Source: Candidatus Bathyarchaeia archaeon
GTDB taxonomy: Archaea; Thermoproteota; Bathyarchaeia; 40CM-2-53-6
Direction: 5' to 3'
DNA: 64,000 nucleotides
NCBI GenBank assembly: GCA_049513715.1
Contig: JBEKVV010000002.1
Span: 352,001 to 416,000, forward strand
Part shown: piece by piece, positions 19,117-26,637 of the stretch
How the letters are laid out: each line of letters starts with the position of its first letter
Position numbering within the stretch: position 1 is the first letter of the stretch
Position numbers and translations under genes: made by a program
Notes under the pieces: model-generated
The model's database searches: none
What the model saw: only the letters and a program-made list of their open reading frames with translations
What the model was told of the DNA's origin: nothing

Positions 19117-20544
19117 TTGGACAAAGCCACACAAGTCTGCAACCAAGTCAAGAGAAAAATAGCTCCATCTCGCGACCTGAAGCGCCGCGTGGAGACCAAA
19201 GCCGAAGAGATCAGGCGCGCTGTAGAACGTGAATGTGTGAAAGCCGGTCTGCAAGCAGAAGTTCGACTAGACGGGTCAGTTGCGAAGGGCACGTGGATTA
19301 GCGATTACCGTGATGTGGATATCTTCATGCGAGTTTCGCCGGAACTGACAAAGAAGCAGCTTAGAGATGTCTGCTTACCGATCGCCAAGAGGGCCCTTAA
19401 ACCGAATGTTGTAGTTGAGAGGTTCGCAGAGCATCCTTACGTAGAATCAGTGGTTCCACTGGAAAGAGGCATTCTTCGCGTTAATGTCGTCCCATGCTAC
19501 GACGTCGTTCCTGGCAACTGGCTGAGTGCAACCGACAGAAGCCCCTTCCACACGCAATACGTCCGCGCACACCTAACCGAACAACAACGAGACGAAGTGC
19601 GGCTGCTCAAAGCCTTCATGAGAGGTATCGGCAGCTACGGGGCGGACATTAAGACCGGCGGCTTCAGCGGCATGCTCTGCGAAACGCTAGTGATTGCCAG
19701 AAAAGAATTCCTGAATGTTCTGGCAGATTTCACAGAATGGCGTGTTGACCGATACAGCGATGTCGAGAATTATTACCAAGATAGAAGCCGCGAGATTCGG
19801 AAGATCTTCAGAGAGCCCTTGGTAGTAATCGACCCTGTTGACAAAGGCCGCAATTTAGGTGCAGCTGTGCGACAGGAGCAGCTTTGGAATTTCGTTGCCG
19901 CTGCACGACATTTCATGTCGAAGCCCTCCACATCTTTCTTCAAAGAGCGGCGTGCTCGGGAGTTGAATGGCCCAGAATTCTTGCGGCTGTTGAAAATGAG
20001 GGGTTCCAGCATAATCTGCGTAGCAACTGGAGAGATCGACACGGTAGTGGACATTCTGTGGAGTCAGCTGTACAGAACCCAACGAGCGCTCACCAATCTT
20101 CTCCTGAATTACGACTTTGAAGTCATAAGGTCGGCTGCTTGGAGCGACGAAAGAAACCTGAATGTCCTGCTGTTTGAACTTGAAACCAACCAACTACCTG
20201 TCTCGAAGAAGCGTAAAGGGCCACCAGTAACTCGGCCAGCCGAAAGCTCATCATTCATCGCAAAACATCGCAGGAATGAGAGCACTGTGGCGGGGCCTTG
20301 GATTGAAGGTGAACGGTGGGCCGTACAAAAGAAGAGAGCTGCAATCTCCGCGAACACGCTACTGGTCTCGGCTGTGAGTGGGGGTGGAAGGCGGGTGGGC
20401 GTAGCCTCCCGCGTGTCACGAGCGTTCAAGAAGAAGGCGAATGTGGTCGAAGGGCCGGCCATTGGACGGCTCCTTTCGGGTAATCCAGAATTCGGAAGAT
20501 TCATGAGAACATACCTTTCAGGACGGCCCACTTGGCTTGACTAA
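19117..20544 (+). CDS. cca: CCA-adding tRNA nucleotidyltransferase (archaeal class I)
   Basis: GSVAKGTW..DVDIF, AEHPY, DRSPFHT, GGFSG.LCE, DPVD..RN. Confidence 0.95.
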   Translation: MDKATQVCNQVKRKIAPSRDLKRRVETKAEEIRRAVERECVKAGLQAEVRLDGSVAKGTWISDYRDVDIFMRVSPELTKKQLRDVCLPIAKRALKPNVVVERFAEHPYVESVVPLERGILRVNVVPCYDVVPGNWLSATDRSPFHTQYVRAHLTEQQRDEVRLLKAFMRGIGSYGADIKTGGFSGMLCETLVIARKEFLNVLADFTEWRVDRYSDVENYYQDRSREIRKIFREPLVVIDPVDKGRNLGAAVRQEQLWNFVAAARHFMSKPSTSFFKERRARELNGPEFLRLLKMRGSSIICVATGEIDTVVDILWSQLYRTQRALTNLLLNYDFEVIRSAAWSDERNLNVLLFELETNQLPVSKKRKGPPVTRPAESSSFIAKHRRNESTVAGPWIEGERWAVQKKRAAISANTLLVSAVSGGGRRVGVASRVSRAFKKKANVVEGPAIGRLLSGNPEFGRFMRTYLSGRPTWLD

Positions 20545-21310
20545 GGTTAAGGAAATTCCGTTGGGGCAGCTTCTCGGGACCGATTACTCTAGGTTTCTGA
20601 CGTACCCTTCACATGACGAGAGAGAAGCAAAGGCGAGAGTTCGGGAACTTGCTGCAATGGGTGTCACCAGCGTCAGCTTCGGAGGGCCCACCCTTATCGG
20701 TGGTGTTCCGATTCTAGGGAAAGGATGCGTTGGAATAGTGACCGGAGCTTCCATTGGTGAGGTTCCAATCGCCTTGAAGATTCGGCGGTTAGATGCGGAC
20801 CGGATAACGATGGTTGGTGAAAGTAGGCTGTTGCGCATCGCCAACAGTGTTGGAGTTGGACCCCGATTAATCACGGCAACAAGAAATTTCCTCGCCATGG
20901 AACTGTTCGATGGCCTTCCGCTGTTCAAGTGGTGCGAGGGGCAAGGCGGGAAGAGCAGCAAGATGGTGAAGAGAGCTTTAGCGTCTCTTCTTCTGGACTG
21001 TTTCAAATTGGACACGGTTGGTTTGGATCATGGAGAGTTGAGCCATGCACCGAAGAACGTGCTTGTTAGTGGACGGGGGGTGCCTTGCATTATTGACTTT
21101 GAAAGTGCAAGCACCGCTAGGCGAGTGGCAAACGTCACCGCAATAATCCAATATTTCCTGTTCGGACGAATATCCCAAGCCATTAGCGCGACCAAACTCT
21201 TTCCCAAGAGAAGAGCCGTTCTGAAAGTCTTGGGTGAGTATAAGCGTGAGGGCTCTGTTGAGAGGTTTGAAAGGATATTCAGCGCTCTTAACCTGCAATG
21301 GCCTCGATGA
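20537..21310 (+). CDS. Serine/threonine protein kinase (RIO-like)
   Basis: LGKGCVGIV, ALKIRR, DHGELS..KNVLV, IIDFESAS. Confidence 0.85.
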   Translation: MTKVKEIPLGQLLGTDYSRFLTYPSHDEREAKARVRELAAMGVTSVSFGGPTLIGGVPILGKGCVGIVTGASIGEVPIALKIRRLDADRITMVGESRLLRIANSVGVGPRLITATRNFLAMELFDGLPLFKWCEGQGGKSSKMVKRALASLLLDCFKLDTVGLDHGELSHAPKNVLVSGRGVPCIIDFESASTARRVANVTAIIQYFLFGRISQAISATKLFPKRRAVLKVLGEYKREGSVERFERIFSALNLQWPR

Positions 21311-21321
21311 AAAGTTATTAT
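21309..21321 (+). promoter_or_regulatory. BRE/TATA-like promoter of tRNA-Pro
   Basis: gaaaag-ttattat about 28-40 nt upstream of the tRNA 5' end. Confidence 0.5.
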
Positions 21322-21348
21322 GAGCGCGTAATTCTCATTGCGGCTTGC

Positions 21349-21529
21349 GGGGCCGTCGTCTAGAAGAGATTCTCAAGAACTCTCTGGGCAACTTGGTCTG
21401 GGAACACGATTTCCGCCAACAGGATACCAGAGCGCAAAGTGCGCGCGGTCAACCTGGGGCGCTGGCGTCCCTGAGAAATCAAGGTCTTGGGGCCAGAGGT
21501 CGTGGGTTCAAATCCCACCGGCCCCACCA
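21349..21529 (+). tRNA. tRNA-Pro(GGG) with four non-canonical introns (21364-21391, 21400-21420, 21431-21452, 21468-21498) and encoded CCA
   Basis: Removing the four BHB/BHL-bounded segments gives a 79-nt cloverleaf: GGGGCCG TC GTCT AGCTTGGTCTA GGAT A CCAGC CTGGGGC GCTGG CGGTC GTGGG TTCAAAT CCCAC CGGCCCC A CCA. Confidence 0.92.
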
Positions 21530-21670
21530 ACCGTGACTTCTCTTCGCTCCACGGGCATGTGCCATCGAGGTCTTTCTCACACAAATCTTCCCTTCACAGG
21601 TGTCAGTTCAGACAAAAGACAGGATTTGATAGTCGGCGAAAGAAAAAACTGCTAGTGAAGGAATCAGTGA
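21504..21670 (+). repeat. 167-bp direct repeat, copy 1 (tRNA T-arm/acceptor plus about 140 bp downstream)
   Basis: Ungapped match to 23277-23443 with 5 mismatches by eye. Confidence 0.95.
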
Positions 21671-21756
21671 AGACGGTGTGATCACATCAAAGTTAAGTCT
21701 TCCTAGGGTAAGTTTGACATGCATATGAGCCCTCCAACGGCGATGTACCAGCACCG

Positions 21757-21948
21757 TTAGTGTGGCGTTATTCGAATACTCTCACAATTCAAGTTGTGGA
21801 ACACTTGAAGGCAGTTCTTACAGAACATAACTTCGCATGCTTCACATGTGCCCCAGTTACGGACGGGCCTATCGACCAAATCTTTGCCACATTCTCCGCA
21901 GTTACTTTGTGGGCCTGGTTTGTCCGTCATGAGGTGTTCACACGCCAC
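21757..21948 (-). CDS. Small Cys-rich zinc-finger protein
   Basis: CGECG...CEAC..FCKNC..H...C in 63 aa. Confidence 0.6.
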   Translation of the reverse strand: MACEHLMTDKPGPQSNCGECGKDLVDRPVRNWGTCEACEVMFCKNCLQVFHNLNCESIRITPH

Positions 21949-22222
21949 CGTTACGGACCGAGCTACTTAACGCATTGCCATGTCCATGACATGGAAGCGA
22001 TCTGTAATATCTACGAACTTGCATTCTTCGAATGGACTTGGGGACGAAAAGACGACTCAGATCCGGGCAACGCTGAACTGAACTCCCCAACTTTTGCCGG
22101 TGTTCCATGACCGACTCTGTATGATGAACACTCAGCCCGGCCTGGGTCGAAAGCAGTTGCCTAAATTAAGGCAGGTTAAAATTGAGAGTCGAGCTGTCAC
22201 CTTGTAGGATAGGCAGTGTGGA

Positions 22223-22525
22223 TTGGGAAAGAGAAAGGTCCTTTCAGAGGGAGACATTAATCAACTCGTTCTTCCAGGAACGGGCCAGCTGCTTGGGATT
22301 GTAACCCAAATGTTCGGGTACGATCGGATAATGGTGAAGTGTTCAGACGGAGCCGACCGACTCTGTCGCATACGAGGCAAGATGAAGAGGCGGACCTGGA
22401 TCAAGAACGGCGATGTAGTCTTGGTTGCCCCCTGGGATTTCCAAACCAGCCGCGCGGACGTGCTCTGGCGTTACACACAGAACCAAGCGCAGGTACTTCA
22501 CAGCAAGGGCATCCTCAAGATGTAA
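22223..22525 (+). CDS. eif1a: Translation initiation factor aIF-1A
   Basis: G.V.QMFG..RIMVKCSDG..RLCRIRGKMKRRTWIK.GDVVLVAPWDFQ..RADV.WRY. Confidence 0.95.
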   Translation: MGKRKVLSEGDINQLVLPGTGQLLGIVTQMFGYDRIMVKCSDGADRLCRIRGKMKRRTWIKNGDVVLVAPWDFQTSRADVLWRYTQNQAQVLHSKGILKM

Positions 22526-22699
22526 CACCATAGGCCCAATGGTGCTACACACAAAAGCCAGATGCTTCAAACAGTTCCCCAAGTGTGCTCGCAGTTGCAA
22601 TAGCTTCTGATGCCTCCCCTTGCGTGAGTGGATTCTATGCTTTCTGGCTCTTCGAAAATTATCAAGTAGAAGAACTGACAAGAGGCACGTGGAATCGAA

Positions 22700-23113
22700 A
22701 TGCCGATCTCGCTCTTTAAGGGTCATTCTAAAACTAACGGGTTTGGAGCATTCACTCCGCAACCAATCAAGAAAGGCGAAGTAATTTCAGTTTGGGACGG
22801 GCCTTATGCGGAGAAACTACCCGAGAGCGACCTTGCCAAATACTACCTTTACGTTAGACCTAACAAATGGCTCATAGGATTCGGCGGCGAATATCCGGAA
22901 AGTTTCATTAATCATTCGTGCGACCCAAACACGAAAGTTACTTGGGACGGTGACATAGCAACACTCTCCGCAGTTCGGAGTATCGAGCCGAATGAGGAAA
23001 TAACTTTTGATTATGAAACAGTAATCCCGTCGGACGACAGTTTCACTTTCATTTGCGGCTGCGGAGCTGGTAATTGCAGAAAAGTGATTCGTATTCCCAC
23101 TTGTAGTCTATGA
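22700..23113 (+). CDS. SET domain protein-lysine methyltransferase with post-SET motif
   Basis: GFGAF, FINHSCDPN, EEITFDY, CGCGAGNCR. Confidence 0.92.
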   Translation: MPISLFKGHSKTNGFGAFTPQPIKKGEVISVWDGPYAEKLPESDLAKYYLYVRPNKWLIGFGGEYPESFINHSCDPNTKVTWDGDIATLSAVRSIEPNEEITFDYETVIPSDDSFTFICGCGAGNCRKVIRIPTCSL

Positions 23114-23240
23114 CTCCAATTGGGATGAATGGGAGTTTTTCGATGCGGGTGTAGTGGGGTTTCTCGAAGGGGGTTTTCATGTAGTGGTAGAATCTTGCTA
23201 GGTCTTGGGTCAACTTGTCTTTATTCGAATAGGAGGAAAT
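23114..23240 (-). pseudogene. Probable tyrosine recombinase/integrase fragment
   Basis: KDKLTQDLARFYHYMKTPFEKPHYTRIEKLPFIP resembles, from recall, the segment before the catalytic domain of archaeal tRNA-targeting integrases; in frame with the att-derived VGQVGFEP. Confidence 0.55.
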
Positions 23241-23276
23241 ATCTCTGGGCAAGGGACCAATAGTTCCACAAGTTGA

Positions 23277-23443
23277 GGGTTCAAATCCCACCTGCCCAAC
23301 CAATCGTCACTTCTCTTCGCTCCACGGGCATGTGCCATCGAGGTCTTTCTCACACAAATCTTCCCTTCACAGGTGTCAGTTCAGACAAAAGACAGGATTT
23401 GATAGTCGGCGAAAGAAAAAACTGCTAGTGAAGGAATGAGTGA
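23277..23443 (+). repeat. 167-bp direct repeat, copy 2 (attR-like degenerate tRNA-Pro 3' end plus flank)
   Basis: gggttcaaatcccacctgcccaacca followed by the same flank as copy 1. Confidence 0.95.
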
Positions 23444-23681
23444 CGATCAACGGTCTGAATGAGCATAGAAGTCGAAGAGCTCTTTCAATGTGAATCGTCT
23501 CCTCCGCTTAGGCACAGCCCCAGGTATTGGGTCACCTTTTATAGTAGTCTTACCTGATACGCGGCCAGTATATTGGAGATCTTACCTGCGTGGATGATGG
23601 GAGAGCCGTCAAGCTCGTACCGATTATCGCGGCGAGTATTATCTTTCGTATAACTAGAAAATTGGGACGGTGGAAAACGAA

Positions 23682-23834
23682 ATGGGATATGAGAATAGAC
23701 GCTCTGGTGCCCCGAGGCAAATGACGAAAGTCAAATGCTCCGACTGCGGCGCAGATACAGAAGTACCGTTTGTGCCGACGACGGGCAGACCAGTCTACTG
23801 TAGAGACTGCTTCCAGAAGCACCGAAGATACTAG
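23682..23834 (+). CDS. CxxC-x17-CxxC domain small protein (absent from ORF track)
   Basis: MGYENRRSGAPRQMTKVKCSDCGADTEVPFVPTTGRPVYCRDCFQKHRRY; GGTGG SD-like element upstream. Confidence 0.9.
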   Translation: MGYENRRSGAPRQMTKVKCSDCGADTEVPFVPTTGRPVYCRDCFQKHRRY

Positions 23835-23865
23835 GCAAACAGCCTAGAACCGATGTTAACCGGAA

Positions 23866-23893
23866 TTTCTTCTTTTTATTTATTACTTTTATT
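23866..23893 (+). terminator. T-rich archaeal terminator
   Basis: tttcttctttttattattacttttattt just downstream of the CxxC-x17-CxxC gene. Confidence 0.5.
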
Positions 23894-24446
23894 TGCCTTC
23901 AAACGTGCGTCCTGTGGGGTTCGCCGGTCTAGATTTTCCACGACCAGGTCTGCCAAGTGTGTGTACGATAAGCGGAGATGTAGCGAAGCGTATCATAGAT
24001 GAACAGCGGCACTGAGCAAGCGATGTGTCAATTGGCAGAAGAAGTAGGTGAAGAGGAAGAAAACGAGGAAGCCTAGCAGCGCGGACCGCCACTTTCGTGG
24101 CGGTCGGAAGTGTTAAACCTGCAATAGCGACATTGAATCTACACGTGATCTCTGTGCCGAAAGCGAAGAAGAAAACAAAGAAGAAACGAAAGTAAACAAG
24201 CGTTTCCTTTGCGGCGACGAGGGCTGAAGTAGGTACATGAGCGCCCCCGCGAAGCTCTTCCACCGAAACCTTGCTGCCATAGGAACTGCTTTTCGCCATA
24301 CCTATTTTTTTAGGCGATGAGTGCCGCATTCGCGGGTGCGGTGCCCTCAGAATGGGGCATAGTTCTTTTCTTTCGCAGAAGTCACAAGAAAGACTAATCT
24401 CCTCATCGCAATGGCGTTCATTCTTACTCGCAGAGAGGTAGAATGA

Positions 24447-26567
24447 TTGGCGATTGCGGAACTCAGGTATGATCGGGGCAAAGTGCACAGGGGTTACAAC
24501 AACAGATCATTGTACGTTGACCTTTCACACGCACGCATAGCTGAGAAGTCAGTCACACAGGAAATGAAAGAGAAATTCGTCGGTGGTCGTGGATTCGACC
24601 TATGGCTCCTATGGCAAGCTTTGCCAAAAGGGCGTGCTGCGAAATGGGATGACTCGGAGAACGAGGTTTGTATTGCCTGTGGTCCGCTGGGAGGCATACC
24701 TGTGTACCCAGGCAGCGGAAAGAGCATCGTAGTTTCGGTCTCCCCGCTAACGGGGTCTGTAATTGATTCAAATGTCGGTGGATACTTTGGCCCCTACCTC
24801 AAATTCGCCGGTTGGGATGCATTGGAGATTCAAGGAAAGGCTAACGGCGACGTAGTCATATTCATTGATGGGGACAAAGGGGTAGTTCGTATAGACGATG
24901 GTTCCGGACTTCCTGCCGACACGCACCTGCTTGTAGACGTTTTGGCCAGCAGGTATGGGGATGGAAACCCACACAGTATCTCAGTAGTTTCCGCAGGTCC
25001 TGGGGCCGAGCACACTCTGATGGGTTGTCTAAACTTCTCATGGTATGACGCAGGCCGCAAGGTTCACAGGATCAAACAGGCAGGACGAGGTGGTATCGGC
25101 ACAGTCCTTCGAAACAAGAGAACAAAAGCACTAGTCGTAAAGTACTCTGGGAGAATCGGCGTCGAGTCAAACGACCCGGTTGATCCACAACTAGTAAAAG
25201 AGATCGGAACCGCGTACACGCAGGAAATAAGAACACTCGATCCCAAACAGAACGAAATGGCAACAGTCGGAACGGCGCACCTCGTAACAATAATGAACGA
25301 ATTCGACCTACTGCCTGTAAACAACTTCCGGTTTGGCAGCAACGCCGAAGCTCACAAGATTGGCGCAGAAGTCTACCGAAAGAAATTCCACAAAGGCTTT
25401 GATGGATGCTGGATGGGATGTGCCATGGCGTGTGCTCACGTGGTGCAAGACTTTGAGCTTAAGACCGGTCCTTTCCGTGGGCAGCGGATATCCGCCGATG
25501 GGCCAGAATACGAAACCATAGCAGGTGTCGGCAGCAACTGTGGAATCTATGATCCAGACTACGTTGTTGAGATGAACTTCTACTGTGACACGTACGGGTT
25601 GGATACCATATCAGTCGGAACCGCCATTGCCTTTGTAATGGAATGCTACGAGATGGGTATTATTGACAAGAAAATTACTGGCGGCTTGGATTTGAAATTC
25701 GGTAACAAGGAGGCAGCTCTTGAACTTCTGCATCAAATGGCCAAGGGCATTGGTTTCGGGGCAGTCGTCGGTCAAGGCATCAGACGGATGAAGAATCTTT
25801 TCTCAGAGAAGCATGGTGCGGATCCGAAGATTTTGAGAGACATCGGGATGGAAGCCAAGGGATTGGAATACTCGGAATATGTGACGAAGGAATCGTTGGC
25901 ACAGCAAGGCGGATACGGGCTTGCTCTCAAAGGCCCTCAACATGACGAAGCTTGGTTGATATTCTCGGACATGGTACACAAACTAATGCCAACTTTCCAA
26001 CAGAAGGCCGAAAACCTATACTGGTTCCCAATGTTCCGCACATGGTTTGGTCTGAACGGTCTATGCAAACTGCCATGGAATGACGTTATCCCCGAAGAAA
26101 ACAGCAAGACCAAGGAGCCCGCGAAGGTGATGAGCCATGTTGAGAACTACGCCACACTGTTCTCTGCGGTCACAGGGACACAAGTCACACATGAGGACAT
26201 CATTTCAATGAGTGAGAGGGTCTACAATTTTCAGCGAATCTTCAACCTGAGAATGGGTTACGGTACACGAGAGCATGATGCGGTGCCTTATCGGTCCGTT
26301 GGGCCCGTAACGCGAGAGGAGTACGAAAGTCGCGAAGAACGCTACGATGCACAACTCAAAGAGAAGGTAGGCTGGGATCCAACAGACAAGACGATTGAAG
26401 GCAAAATGGAAGCTCTCAGGAAATACCGTGAATCAGAATACGAAAAACTGAAGGACGCCGTCTACCAAAGGAGAGGCTGGGACAGGAACGGAGTGCCAAC
26501 CTTAGAAAAAGTCAAAGCCCTCGGCATAGACTACCCGGACGTAGTGGATCTTCTGGAAAATCATTGA
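24447..26567 (+). CDS. Aldehyde:ferredoxin oxidoreductase family (W/Mo-pterin)
   Basis: DSNVGGYFGPYLKFAGWDA, AGRGG.G.V, GCW.GC.MAC, GPEYET, CDTYGLDTIS, RRGWD.NGVP. Confidence 0.93.
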   Translation: MAIAELRYDRGKVHRGYNNRSLYVDLSHARIAEKSVTQEMKEKFVGGRGFDLWLLWQALPKGRAAKWDDSENEVCIACGPLGGIPVYPGSGKSIVVSVSPLTGSVIDSNVGGYFGPYLKFAGWDALEIQGKANGDVVIFIDGDKGVVRIDDGSGLPADTHLLVDVLASRYGDGNPHSISVVSAGPGAEHTLMGCLNFSWYDAGRKVHRIKQAGRGGIGTVLRNKRTKALVVKYSGRIGVESNDPVDPQLVKEIGTAYTQEIRTLDPKQNEMATVGTAHLVTIMNEFDLLPVNNFRFGSNAEAHKIGAEVYRKKFHKGFDGCWMGCAMACAHVVQDFELKTGPFRGQRISADGPEYETIAGVGSNCGIYDPDYVVEMNFYCDTYGLDTISVGTAIAFVMECYEMGIIDKKITGGLDLKFGNKEAALELLHQMAKGIGFGAVVGQGIRRMKNLFSEKHGADPKILRDIGMEAKGLEYSEYVTKESLAQQGGYGLALKGPQHDEAWLIFSDMVHKLMPTFQQKAENLYWFPMFRTWFGLNGLCKLPWNDVIPEENSKTKEPAKVMSHVENYATLFSAVTGTQVTHEDIISMSERVYNFQRIFNLRMGYGTREHDAVPYRSVGPVTREEYESREERYDAQLKEKVGWDPTDKTIEGKMEALRKYRESEYEKLKDAVYQRRGWDRNGVPTLEKVKALGIDYPDVVDLLENH

Positions 26568-26637
26568 GTAAACTGATTTCAAACTGAACTTAACACGCGG
26601 CAGGTTGGGAGAGCCTCCCATCGGCCGAAAAGATCAC

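Larger units (their letters stand above)
21504..23443. mobile_element. Degenerate tRNA-Pro-integrated islet bounded by att-like repeats
   Basis: Duplicated tRNA 3' end, integrase-like fragment beside the distal copy, accessory cargo in between. Confidence 0.6.

Noticed and set aside
21349..21529. Split or permuted tRNA interpretation
   Set aside because: All exons are collinear in one locus with cis BHB/BHL motifs, so trans-splicing is not needed.
21338..21681. ORF-track peptides overlapping the tRNA (21338-21655, 21345-21536, 21487-21681)
   Set aside because: Shadow ORFs over the tRNA-Pro gene and repeat, with no protein motifs.
23113..23302. A second complete tRNA gene
   Set aside because: Only the T-arm and acceptor 3' strand are recognisable; no D-arm or anticodon arm could be reconstructed.
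23889..24488. 199-aa minus-strand ORF
   Set aside because: No recognisable motifs, atypical composition, and it overlaps the AOR start.
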